Source: Dehalococcoidia bacterium (GTDB taxonomy: Bacteria; Chloroflexota; Dehalococcoidia; Bin125). From it: a stretch of 64,000 bases of DNA. The notes beneath the pieces were generated by a model that worked only from the letters and a program-made list of their open reading frames with translations, had not been told where the DNA came from and did no database searches. The stretch's first letter is position 1; every line of letters starts with the position of its first letter. The translations under genes and the position numbers were made by a program. The stretch is taken from the NCBI GenBank assembly GCA_963662615.2, contig CAXXSR010000001.1:960001-1024000 (forward strand). The letters run 5' to 3'. Below, in pieces: positions 35,493 to 45,011 of the stretch.

Positions 35493-37391
35493 CTACTCCT
35501 CCAACGTCGTCAGATCGCCGGGGTCCAAGCCCAGCTCCTGGGCCTTCAACACCCGCCGCATGATCTTGCCGCTGCGCGTCTTGGGGAGCGCGGAGACGAA
35601 CTCGATCGCTTTCGGCGTCGCGATGGGGCCCAGCACGTCGCGCACTTGACTCACCAGCTCCGCCCGCAGCTCTTCGCTCGCCTCGTGGCCCGAGCGCAGG
35701 ATCACGAAGGCCTTGATCTCTTCGCCCTTGAGCGGGTCGGGTACGCCAATGGCCCCAGCCTCAGCGACGGCCGGATGTGCGACCAGGGCACTCTCCACGT
35801 CCGCCGTGCCGATGCGATGCCCGGCGACGTTGATCACGTCGTCGGCGCGGCCTAAGACGGTGAAGTAGCCGTCCTCGTCCACGGTGGCGACGTCGCCGGC
35901 CGTATAGGCGTCGGGGATGAGGTGGAAGTACTCCTGGTAGCGGGCGTCGTCGGCCCAGATGGCGCGCATCATATGTGGCCACGTATTTTGCAGGACCAGG
36001 AAGCCGCCTTCGCCGGGCGAGACCGGCTCGCCCGACCGGTTCACGACGGCGGCCCGCACGCCCGGCATGGCCCGACCGACCTTGCCCGGCTTCGCCAGCG
36101 ATGAGGGCATCGTGCCCAGCGTCGGCGCGCCGGTCTCGGTCTGCCACCAGTTGTCGCAGATTGGCCCGCGGCCTTGCATGATGTGTTCGTAGGCCCACAG
36201 CTGCGCTTCCGGGTTCAGCGGCTCGCCGGCGCAGATCAGGAGCCTGAGCGAATCCAGGCGATGCCGCGCCGGGTACGCCGGCCCGAAGCGCATGAACATG
36301 CGCAGGGCGGTTGGGGCGGTGAAGATGGTGGTCACGCCGTAGCGCTCGACGATCGACCAGACGACGGCCGGATCCGGATGGTCCGGCGCGCCCTCGCGCA
36401 CAAGCTGCGAAGCGCCGTTGATCCAAGGCCCGTAGACGATGCAGGAGTGCCCCACGATCCAGCCGATGTCACTGGTGCACCAGTAGAGATCCGCAGGATG
36501 CAGATCGTAGGCGATGCGCGTCAGCAGGGCGGTCCCCACGGCATAGCCGCCGTGGTCGTAGACCGTCCCCTTCGGAGTTCCCGTGGTCCCGGAGGTGTAG
36601 AGGATGAAGAGCGGGTCCCCCGACGCCATCTCTTCGGGCTCGGCCTGATCCGAGGCCGCCTCCAGCGCGGGCAGCAGATCGATCTCGCCGCGGCGCAGCG
36701 GCGTCGCCGCGTTGCGCCGGTGCAGGATCACGTGCTTCACGCCGCTCCCCGCGATCGCCTCATCCGCAATGCGCCTCAGGTCGATCGTCTTGCCGCGGCG
36801 GTAGCCCACATCGGTGACGATCACCGTCGTGGCGCCGGCGTCGTCAAGGCGCGACCGTAGCGCTCCCGCTCCCAGGCCCGCGTAGACCACGGAGTGGACC
36901 GCGCCCACCCGCGCGCAGGCCAGCATGGCCGCCATCCCTTCCGGGACCAGCGGCATGTAGATGCAGACCCGTTCGCCCTTCTGCACGCCGGCGTCGCGGA
37001 GCACGTTGGTGAACCGATTGACCAGCCGTCGTAGCTCGTGGAACGTGAAGCGCCGCTCGGCGCCGTCTTCGCCCAACCAGATCAGGGCGAGCCTGTCGCG
37101 GTTCGCGCCGTCGGCGTGACGGTCCAGGACGTTCTGGGTGATGTTGCAACGCCCCCCCAGGTACCACTCCGTGTGATTGTGATCGTCGCTGCGACGCAGC
37201 TCGCGCCAGGGCGACATCCAGACGAGTTCGTTGGCCGCCTCCGCCCAGAAAGTGTCCAGGTCGGCGTCGGCGTCGGCGTAGTACGTCTCAAAGTTGGGAA
37301 TGTGAGCGCGCGCAACGATATCGGGCGGCGGCGGCACCGGCTGCAGATCCTGTAGGAGCTGCCTGAATTCGCCGCTTTCCGCGTCCGTCAT
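35493..37391 (-). CDS. acs: acetate--CoA ligase
   Basis: LYTSGTTGTPKG, DIGWIVGHS, AGEPLNPE, DNWWQTETG, GRADD, LPKTRSGKIMRR motifs. Confidence 0.95.
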   Translation of the reverse strand: MTDAESGEFRQLLQDLQPVPPPPDIVARAHIPNFETYYADADADLDTFWAEAANELVWMSPWRELRRSDDHNHTEWYLGGRCNITQNVLDRHADGANRDRLALIWLGEDGAERRFTFHELRRLVNRFTNVLRDAGVQKGERVCIYMPLVPEGMAAMLACARVGAVHSVVYAGLGAGALRSRLDDAGATTVIVTDVGYRRGKTIDLRRIADEAIAGSGVKHVILHRRNAATPLRRGEIDLLPALEAASDQAEPEEMASGDPLFILYTSGTTGTPKGTVYDHGGYAVGTALLTRIAYDLHPADLYWCTSDIGWIVGHSCIVYGPWINGASQLVREGAPDHPDPAVVWSIVERYGVTTIFTAPTALRMFMRFGPAYPARHRLDSLRLLICAGEPLNPEAQLWAYEHIMQGRGPICDNWWQTETGAPTLGTMPSSLAKPGKVGRAMPGVRAAVVNRSGEPVSPGEGGFLVLQNTWPHMMRAIWADDARYQEYFHLIPDAYTAGDVATVDEDGYFTVLGRADDVINVAGHRIGTADVESALVAHPAVAEAGAIGVPDPLKGEEIKAFVILRSGHEASEELRAELVSQVRDVLGPIATPKAIEFVSALPKTRSGKIMRRVLKAQELGLDPGDLTTLEE

Positions 37392-37450
37392 CGCTACCTC
37401 CCCTACGCTGGCGCTCAGAGCAGGCCGCGCCCAATCGCTGCCGCGCCCGC

Positions 37451-38476
37451 TCAACCGAGGTTGGGCGGGTCAGGGCAGGGCTTGAGGTCCAGCTTCTTGA
37501 GGATGCCCTTGTTGGCGACGAAGCGAGGCCACTGCCCGGAGAGGACGTACACGGCGCTGTCCGCCACGCGACGCGAGAGCAGCCGGAAGGCGTGGTCGGA
37601 ATAGGAGGCCGAGTGGGGGGTCAGCACCACGTTGTCCAGACGCCGCAGCGGGCTCTCCAGCGGCAGCGGCTCCTTCTCGAAGACGTCCAGCCCCGCGCCG
37701 GCGATGCGCCCCTCTTGCAGCGCCGCGATCAGCGCCGCCTCATCCACGGTGGGGCCGCGGGATGTGTTGATGAGATAGGCGGTCGGCTTCATCTTGGCCA
37801 GGGCATCGGCGTCAATGATGTGGCGCGTCTGCGGCGTCAGAGGGGCGTGCACGCTCACGACGTCGGCCTGCTGCAGCAGTTCGTCGAGCGTCGCAATTAG
37901 CTCGATGCCCGCCCGCTCGGCCGCGGCCGGCTCCAAGTAGGGGTCGTAGGCGATGACGCGCATGGACAGCGCCAGCGCTCTCTTGGCGAACGCCTGAGCG
38001 ATGTTGCCGGCGGCAACGAGGCCCAACGTCTGGCCGTGCAGGTGCTGCATGGGCGCCAGCGTCTCTGGGCGCCAGCCGCCCTCGCGAATCGTGCGGTCCA
38101 TGGGCACCAGCTTTCTGACCGCCGCCAGCATCAGCAGGAGCGCGTGGTTGCTCACCTCCTCCATGCAGAAGTCGGGAACGTGCGCGCAGATGATGCCGTT
38201 CTCCGTGGCCGCGTCGAGGTCCAGCGTGTCCACGCCGACGCCGTAGCGGACCACGACTTTGCACTTTGGCAGGGAGGCCAGGAGGTGCGCGTTCATGGGC
38301 GCGGCCCGTACAAGGACGGCATCGGCGTCGGCCAGGAGCGTCGTCAGCTCCTCCGCGCTCTTGCCGGGCTGGAGGAGGTGAAGCTCGGCATCGATGCCGG
38401 CGAGGATCTCGCGCTCGATCGGGTAGTCGCCGAACCCCAGCGAGATGTCCGAGTGGTACACGGTGAATTGGGCCAT
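37451..38476 (-). CDS. D-isomer-specific 2-hydroxyacid dehydrogenase (CtBP-like)
   Basis: RYGVGVD, HAPLTPQT, INTSRG, LDVFE.EP, TPHSA motifs. Confidence 0.93.
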   Translation of the reverse strand: MAQFTVYHSDISLGFGDYPIEREILAGIDAELHLLQPGKSAEELTTLLADADAVLVRAAPMNAHLLASLPKCKVVVRYGVGVDTLDLDAATENGIICAHVPDFCMEEVSNHALLLMLAAVRKLVPMDRTIREGGWRPETLAPMQHLHGQTLGLVAAGNIAQAFAKRALALSMRVIAYDPYLEPAAAERAGIELIATLDELLQQADVVSVHAPLTPQTRHIIDADALAKMKPTAYLINTSRGPTVDEAALIAALQEGRIAGAGLDVFEKEPLPLESPLRRLDNVVLTPHSASYSDHAFRLLSRRVADSAVYVLSGQWPRFVANKGILKKLDLKPCPDPPNLG

Positions 38477-38710
38477 TGGGGCTCCTCACAAGCTCACGCT
38501 GACAGGCGCCACGCGTCGCTGACGGGGCGCCCTCAATAATCGATCATGAGAGGGACCTGGTCATCATCCAGCAGGCCCGTCCCGGTTCTGTCGGCCGTGG
38601 TTGCTCTGCGCCGCTCAAGCCGCGCCGCGCCCGCGGCCGGCCCGCAGGATAGAATCACCCCCGGCGTGGCGCCACTGTCGTGATGCCGCCTGCGATCTCG
38701 GAGCTGCGCG

Positions 38711-39001
38711 ATGCCGGCCAGTAACGATACCGCCCCAGGCGCCGACGTCTGGGCCATCCGTCCCTGCATCTACGGGGGCAAGCGTCGGGAGCGGGGCGAG
38801 CGTTTCCGCCTGGCCGGCCTCCCCACCGACGCCCGCCTGTTCGAAGAGCTGTACGTTCAGCGCCTCCTGCCCAAGCACAAGCTCTATCCCTGCGATCGCT
38901 GCGGGAAAGCGTTGGTGGTCGGCGAGAACTTCGCCGCCCACCTCACCGACGCGCACGGGCTCGGTCGCGACGAGGCGCGTCGCGAGGCGGACTCGCGCTA
39001 G
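38711..39001 (+). CDS. small protein with a classical C2H2 zinc finger
   Basis: YPCDRCGKALVVGENFAAHLTDAH = C-x2-C-x12-H-x4-H; GGAG RBS; TAGAAT at 38650-38655. Confidence 0.7.
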   Translation: MPASNDTAPGADVWAIRPCIYGGKRRERGERFRLAGLPTDARLFEELYVQRLLPKHKLYPCDRCGKALVVGENFAAHLTDAHGLGRDEARREADSR

Positions 39002-39074
39002 GCGCCCGCCCAAGCCCGGAGTAGCGGCGCGGGGCTCGTGGCTCTCCCGCAGCCGGCGCGTCGGGTCAGGCGTC

Positions 39075-39260
39075 GACGCGCGGCGGAGATCGTCGCACTG
39101 ACTCCAGACTGCGGACGCGGTGGTTAAAAAACGACGCCGACGCGCGGCGGAGATCGTCGCACTGGCTCCAGACGGCGGCCGCGATGGTTCAAAAAGACGC
39201 CGCCGCGCGGCAGAAATCCCCGCGCTCGCACCAGCCGTCTAACGCGATGGTTAAAAAATC
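39075..39260. repeat. ~63-bp degenerate tandem repeat x3 at the htpX stop
   Basis: CGACGCGCGGCGGAGATCGTCGCACTG.CTCCAGAC.GCGG..GCG.TGGTT.AAAAA recurs; the last GGTTAAAAAA contains the htpX TAA. Confidence 0.75.
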
Positions 39261-40153
39261 TGGCCGGTTTCGCGACCGATCTTGCGGAGGCGCCGCACCC
39301 GCTCCTCCACCGGCGGATGGCTGGCGAACCAGCGACCGGGGCCGCCGGCGAGCGGGTTGACGATGAAGAGGTGGTTCGCAGCCTCCATGCCCGCCGTGGA
39401 CCGCGCGGTGACCTGCACATGCGGTCGCTGCGACGCCAGTTGCAGCTTCACCAGCGCCGAGGCGAGCGCCTCTGGATCGCGGGAATTGCGGGCTCCGGCC
39501 TCGTCGGCGCTGTACTCGCGCGCCCGCGACACGGCCATCTGGATCAGACCCGCCACGATGGGCGCGACGATCGCCAGCACGATCGTCCCCGCCAACTGCG
39601 CCAGATGATCGGAGCCACGGCCCCCGCGCGAGCCGAACATCAGGCCGAAGAAGAGGCTCCAGCGCGCGAACATCGCCACGATGAGGATGGTCGACGCCAT
39701 CATCGCCACGATCGCATTGATGAGCGTATCACGGTTCTTCACGTGCCCCATCTCATGCGCGAACACGCCGGCCAGCTCGCGCTCCGTGAGCAGGCTGAGG
39801 ATGCCCGTCGTGGCGGCGACCGCCGCGTGCGACGGGTTCCGCCCCGTGGCGAAAGCGTTCGGCACCGGCGTGTCAACGATGTAGACCTTGGGTTTGGGCA
39901 GGCCGGCTTCCCGCGCCGTCCGCTCGACGATGCGGTGCAGCTTGGGCGCCTGCGCCGGCGTGACCTCCTGCGCGCGCATCGTCTTGAGGATCGCCTTGTC
40001 CGAGTACCAGTAGGAGAAGAAGTTCAGCGCCACCGCCAAGACGGCCGCGAAGATCAGCCCGGCCAGCCCGCCCACGAGCTGTCCCGCGACGAGCAAGACG
40101 CCCGTCAGCAGCACGACGAGAAAGACTGTACGGAGGCCGTTTCGACCGATCAT
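39251..40153 (-). CDS. htpX: zinc metalloprotease HtpX (M48)
   Basis: PNAFATGRNP, HEMGH, SRAREYSAD, FASHPP motifs. Confidence 0.95.
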   Translation of the reverse strand: MIGRNGLRTVFLVVLLTGVLLVAGQLVGGLAGLIFAAVLAVALNFFSYWYSDKAILKTMRAQEVTPAQAPKLHRIVERTAREAGLPKPKVYIVDTPVPNAFATGRNPSHAAVAATTGILSLLTERELAGVFAHEMGHVKNRDTLINAIVAMMASTILIVAMFARWSLFFGLMFGSRGGRGSDHLAQLAGTIVLAIVAPIVAGLIQMAVSRAREYSADEAGARNSRDPEALASALVKLQLASQRPHVQVTARSTAGMEAANHLFIVNPLAGGPGRWFASHPPVEERVRRLRKIGRETGQIF

Positions 40154-40397
40154 CTGCTCGTCTGTCGCTCCTGGGATGCTCCTGGGAGGCCGCTCGATCA
40201 GGCAAGCGCAGGGGGTAGTCGCCGCTATCTGCCGCGAGCGTATCACGGGGGATAGGGCCGGTTCCGTGGTCTGGTGGGCGTCCGCGATAGCTGGCGGCGG
40301 GGCTTCCGTTCTGGTGGCATCCGCGGGTAGCATGCCCCGCAGTTGGGTACACCGCAACACGCCGCCGATGCGGCCACCGCCAGGACGGAGAGCACAC

Positions 40398-40880
40398 ATG
40401 GGCCAGGCTGGAAACGACCTGCTGGCGGGGCTGGACCGCGACAAGCTGATCGACTCGCTCAACAGCCTCTACTGCTACGAGATCGCGACGATGGTCTGGG
40501 CCATGGCGGTCCGAAGCCGCCTGAGCGGGCAGGCGCTGTTCGTCCTTAACGACGAGATGGAGGAGCTGGCGTCCGAGAGCCTGGAGAACGCTCGGGCGCT
40601 CGCCGAGCGCATCGGCGAGATCGGCGGAGGGCTCCCAGCTGATGTCACGGACTTCGTCAAGCTATCCCCGATCGAGCGGGTCGAGCTGCCCGCCAGCACC
40701 GCTGAGGTGGGGCCTATCGCGGTCTACGGTCTTGAAGCGGTGCGGCTCGCCATTCGCACCTACGGAGCGCTGGCCAGCGAGGTTCGCGAGCACGACCCGA
40801 TCAGCCATCGGCTGGTCATCAGGATCCTCGCCAAGCACGTGAGCCGGGAGGACGACGCGGAGAGCTTTCTGGGCGGTTAG
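40398..40880 (+). CDS. DpsL/bacterioferritin-like protein with degenerate diiron site
   Basis: LAERI.EIGG, AI..Y and DPISHRL..RIL scaffold; ExxH motifs replaced; GGAG RBS. Confidence 0.75.
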   Translation: MGQAGNDLLAGLDRDKLIDSLNSLYCYEIATMVWAMAVRSRLSGQALFVLNDEMEELASESLENARALAERIGEIGGGLPADVTDFVKLSPIERVELPASTAEVGPIAVYGLEAVRLAIRTYGALASEVREHDPISHRLVIRILAKHVSREDDAESFLGG

Positions 40881-41833
40881 GACCCTGAATCGTCGCCGGG
40901 CTCCACCCCCCGGCAGACGCTCCCCGGCCCCACACCGGCCCCCGCTGCCCACTCGTGCGCGGCGATGCGCTTGCCTCCCTCCGGCAGCACCGTCTCGACG
41001 CGCACGGCACCGCCGTCGCCGCAGCGGATCACCACGCCCTCCGCGCCCACGGCGGTGACGGCGCCTGCTGCTCCCACCTCTGCAGGGACCAGCCGCGAGC
41101 CGTAGAGGCGCACGGTGACCCCGTTCAGCACCGTCCAGGCGCCCGGCTGGCGGTCGCTGCCGCGGATGAATGTGTGCACCTCGCGCGCCGGCCGCGACCA
41201 GTCGATCTGGGCAATGTCGCCTTCCCAGGGCGGTTCGTAGGTGGCGGTCGCTTCGTCTTGGGGGATCCGCGGCGCCCTTCCTTGCGCCACCAAGCGGGCC
41301 GCCTCGCCCAACGCCTCCACGCCCAGGGGGAAGAGATGCTCCCGATAGACGCTGTTGACGGTGTCGTTCTGACCCAGCGGTACCCGCTTCTGCAGCAGGA
41401 TGGGGCCGGTATCAATGCCCGCATCCACCCAGAAGATCGTCAGCCCCGTCTCGCCGTCGCCCTGCAGCAGCGCGTGGTTGATGGCGCTTCGCCCGCGGTG
41501 CCTGGGCAAGAGGCTGGGGTGGAACTGAATGGTGTCGTGCGGCGGATGCTCCAGCACCTGGGCGGGAATGATCTGCGCCACGAACGCCATCACATTGAGT
41601 TCGGGATCGCTGCCGGCGTAGCGACGGAACAGATCCTCATCCACGACGCCCTGGCGCTGCCATCGCCGCGGCTGGACGACGGTTACGCCGTCTCCCCGCG
41701 CCGCCTCCGCCAGCGAGTCCGCCCGACCCTTCTCAGGTGGCGTGAACACAGCGACGATCTCGTGGCCGTCGTTGCGGAGCCGCTCGTACGTGGCCGCTCC
41801 GAACGCGGCCTGCCCGATGATGGCAATGCGCAT
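40877..41833 (-). CDS. methionyl-tRNA formyltransferase-like / 10-formyl-THF hydrolase-like protein
   Basis: IGQAAFG, FHPSLLPRHRG.SAIN, D.GIDTGPILLQK, IDWSRPA motifs. Confidence 0.9.
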   Translation of the reverse strand: MRIAIIGQAAFGAATYERLRNDGHEIVAVFTPPEKGRADSLAEAARGDGVTVVQPRRWQRQGVVDEDLFRRYAGSDPELNVMAFVAQIIPAQVLEHPPHDTIQFHPSLLPRHRGRSAINHALLQGDGETGLTIFWVDAGIDTGPILLQKRVPLGQNDTVNSVYREHLFPLGVEALGEAARLVAQGRAPRIPQDEATATYEPPWEGDIAQIDWSRPAREVHTFIRGSDRQPGAWTVLNGVTVRLYGSRLVPAEVGAAGAVTAVGAEGVVIRCGDGGAVRVETVLPEGGKRIAAHEWAAGAGVGPGSVCRGVEPGDDSGS

Positions 41834-41964
41834 GCTGTCCCCTGCCTCTCGGCGGACGAGAGGCTAGCGAACGCCGGGAGCAGCGGCAACGTGCGGCGGC
41901 AACGCGCGGCCGCCCCGGCGGCCGAGGGCGGGGCGGCAACTGCGCCGATTGCTCGGCGGCGCCG

Positions 41965-42282
41965 TCAGCTGAGGTGGCAGTAGAACTCGCGCTGCTGGGG
42001 CGGGCCGGTGATGTGATCGATACGCAAGCGCAGCGCCGGGCTGCTCTCCGTGCGCAGGACGATCAGCGGCTGGTCGGCGTAGACCATCGCCTCCAGCACG
42101 CCCCGCGGCTCCACCTCCGTGATCTGGATGCTGTACGCGCCGACCACGTGATCGCGCCGGCGCGGGGCAGCCTGCCCCTTCGCGACGATCGTCCCGCTGG
42201 GGGTCATTACTGTGCAGGCCATTGCCTGAGATGGGATGGCGCTCTCATCGAGCGCCGGCATCGGCGAGGGCAAGCGAACCAT
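41965..42282 (-). CDS. hypothetical beta-rich protein
   Basis: GGAGG RBS; TTGACA -35 at 42345-42340 upstream. Confidence 0.55.
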   Translation of the reverse strand: MVRLPSPMPALDESAIPSQAMACTVMTPSGTIVAKGQAAPRRRDHVVGAYSIQITEVEPRGVLEAMVYADQPLIVLRTESSPALRLRIDHITGPPQQREFYCHLS

Positions 42283-42422
42283 GGGGCCCCTCCGGCCCCA
42301 CCACCTACTGTAATAGGAGATAGACGGTTTATCGGTTTCTGTCAATGGGAGGGAGGCGGTCCATGCGATCGAGCGGGCCGTCGCGCCGTGGGGAGGGCCG
42401 GCTTCGCGCGCTAAATCGCCTG

Positions 42423-42764
42423 CTAAACCTCTAGCAGGCCGCTCTCGCCGCCCTGATCGTCGTCGTCCTCATCATCGTCGAACTTGTCGGCACCCAAGCC
42501 GAAGCCGATGTAGATGAAGCCGCCCAGCCCCAAGCCCAGGAAGAGGCCCGCCCCCACGATGATCCACAGCAGCCACTCTGAGAAGCCGCCCGAGTCGGTG
42601 CTGAGGTGCTGGTTCCCCGCGCCCAGGTTGATCATGATCGCATTGACCACGATCCCGAGGATCATGCCCACGAAGAGCCCCGGCAGAAGCAGCGCCACTT
42701 TTACCAGGGGCGGCGCTTCACGGAGCCACTTTGGCAGCAAGAACGAGGGAACGAGCGGCGGCAC
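42423..42764 (-). CDS. small two-TM membrane protein with acidic tail
   Basis: AGGAG RBS before GTG; two hydrophobic helices; DDDEDDDD tail. Confidence 0.6.
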   Translation of the reverse strand: MPPLVPSFLLPKWLREAPPLVKVALLLPGLFVGMILGIVVNAIMINLGAGNQHLSTDSGGFSEWLLWIIVGAGLFLGLGLGGFIYIGFGLGADKFDDDEDDDDQGGESGLLEV

Positions 42765-42950
42765 GACTCTGACTCCTAGAAGTGGCGGCTCCGGGCGCTG
42801 CGGGGGGCAGCCCCTCTCCATTAAGTATCGCGCCCTCTCCGCTCATCCGTCTAGGAGGCTGCTGGCCCGGGGTGGCAGCGCGGGCTACGCTGCCAGCGAT
42901 GCGCGGCGACCGTCGCCGGCTAGGGGGCGGGACGCCCGCGTAGAGGAGCC

Positions 42951-44867
42951 ATGGAGGACGTTCCCCACTGGTCGCGGCTGCGCCGGACTCGGCTGTCGCG
43001 ACGCGCCCTGCTGTGGGCGAGCGGCCGCGCCGGCGTCGGCGCGGTGGGGCTGGCGCTCGTGGGCTGTGGCGGCGACGACGACGAGGAGCCGCCCGAGGAG
43101 ACGCCTGCGGCCGCCGACGCCCCGACGGACGAGACGCCGCCCCAGCCGCCAATCGAGGAACCGGACGCCGTGGAGGCGCCGGAGCCGGAACCGCGGCAAG
43201 CACCGCTCACGCCGGTGCGCGGCGGCATTGCCCAACTATTCTCCGCCACGGAGATCCACGACCGCTGGGACCCTCACCGCTCGCGCTTCAGCCAGACACA
43301 GGCCGTTCACAGCCTGATGTACAACCGGCTCATCCGCTTCGATTCGGTCTCCGAAGGGACGCTGGAGGGAGACATCTGCGATCTTCCCGAGACGCCCGAC
43401 GAGGAAACTTACATCTTCACGATCCGGCCCGGCGTCCGCTTCTGGGACCGCGAGCCCACCAACGGCCGCCCCTTCACCGCGGAGGACATCCGCTTCAACA
43501 TCCAGCGTCAGATGGGTGGTCGGGACAGCGAGGAGAACCCCGACCCGCTGTTCTATCGCCAGAGCGACTACCGCCGCACCGCCTCCATGGAGGTGCGCGA
43601 CAGTCGCACCATCGTCCTCAAGACGGACGGGCCCGACGCCACCTACCTCGCCTCCGTGCACGCCGGGCCCTGGAGCTGGATGACCAGCCCCGAGGCGGTG
43701 GAGAGCTTCGGGGCCGACTGGCGCACGCAAGTCGACGACATCCAGCTGAACAGCGGCACCGGCCCGTTCGTTCCCGTTGAGTTCACTCGCGGCGGTGACC
43801 TGATCCTGCGCCGATCGACGAACTGGTGGCGCGCCGACGGCGCCTACTTGGACGGGCTCATCCTGCGACGGACGCCCAACCCCGGTATCGCCTTGACCTA
43901 TCGGGCCGGCCAGTTCGACCGCGCCGACTTCCCACTCGGCAAGAGCGAGATCGAGTCGCTGCGGACCGAGTTCCCGGACCACAACGCGTACGAATTTCCC
44001 CTGGACACGCCGGTCCAGCTCAGCTTCGTGATCAGCGACGATCCGGAGAGCCCGTTCCGCGATCCGCGAGTTGGCTTGGCGATCAGCCTTGCCATCAACC
44101 GCTTTGAAATAATCGATCGTCTCTACCTCGGAGACGGCCGCCCTTCCGGCCCTCTGCCCTGGTTCCTCCAGGGCTGGGCCATTCCCGAAGAAGAGCTCTT
44201 GACGCGGCCGGGCTACCGCCTCAACAAGGAGGATGATCTGAGCGAGATTCAGTTGCTCCTCGCCAGCGCCGGTGGCGCCGAAGCGATCGGCGATGTGGAG
44301 ATCGTGATTCCCGACCTGTTCGAAGGCTTCTTCCCCGGCATCTCGGCGAGTCTCACGAGCATGCTGGAGCGCAATCTTGGCCTGCAGGTCACCAACAGCT
44401 TCCGTTCCTACCAGACCATCACCGATCAGCTGCGCAAGGGCGACCTCTCCTTCGTCTTCGGCTGGGGTCCCGCGCCGCGGCAGGCCGACCCCACCGACCA
44501 CTGGCTGCGTGTCGCTCACACGGACGGCGAAGGCAACTATGGGCGCTATTCCAATGCCGAGGTGGACGGCCTGATTGACCGCATGCGCGTCACGCTTGAT
44601 GAGGATGAGCGCAAGGTGCTTGCCCGCCAGGTCCAGCAGATCCTCCTGGAATCCGGCTTCTGGGTGCAGAACGTCGCCAACGGCATCCAGCTGGGAATCG
44701 CCCGCCCCTACCTGCACCTCGACCCGCGCGCCCTCGACTTCGCCTGGGCCGCGCACCACCTCGACAACACCTGGATCGATACGGCCGACCCCGACTACCC
44801 CTCGGAGCGCACCCTGCCGGGCGACGACGACAGCGAAGGACAAGGCGCCGAAGACGGGGACGGCTAG
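42951..44867 (+). CDS. ABC transporter substrate-binding lipoprotein, family 5, Tat signal
   Basis: LSRRALL, LVGC lipobox, GTGPF, PFRDPRV..AISLAINR; paralog of 3995-5857. Confidence 0.92.
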   Translation: MEDVPHWSRLRRTRLSRRALLWASGRAGVGAVGLALVGCGGDDDEEPPEETPAAADAPTDETPPQPPIEEPDAVEAPEPEPRQAPLTPVRGGIAQLFSATEIHDRWDPHRSRFSQTQAVHSLMYNRLIRFDSVSEGTLEGDICDLPETPDEETYIFTIRPGVRFWDREPTNGRPFTAEDIRFNIQRQMGGRDSEENPDPLFYRQSDYRRTASMEVRDSRTIVLKTDGPDATYLASVHAGPWSWMTSPEAVESFGADWRTQVDDIQLNSGTGPFVPVEFTRGGDLILRRSTNWWRADGAYLDGLILRRTPNPGIALTYRAGQFDRADFPLGKSEIESLRTEFPDHNAYEFPLDTPVQLSFVISDDPESPFRDPRVGLAISLAINRFEIIDRLYLGDGRPSGPLPWFLQGWAIPEEELLTRPGYRLNKEDDLSEIQLLLASAGGAEAIGDVEIVIPDLFEGFFPGISASLTSMLERNLGLQVTNSFRSYQTITDQLRKGDLSFVFGWGPAPRQADPTDHWLRVAHTDGEGNYGRYSNAEVDGLIDRMRVTLDEDERKVLARQVQQILLESGFWVQNVANGIQLGIARPYLHLDPRALDFAWAAHHLDNTWIDTADPDYPSERTLPGDDDSEGQGAEDGDG

Positions 44868-45011
44868 ACCCGCGCGGGCGCAGGCGCGGCCTGAAGGCAG
44901 CGGACCAGAATCTGCCGGCGGTACCCACGGCCCGGCTGTAGGCGCTAGACTTGCCGAAATCTGAGCCGGTGCAGGCCGGATCCGAACCCAGCCGAGGAAG
45001 GGGGAACTGCT

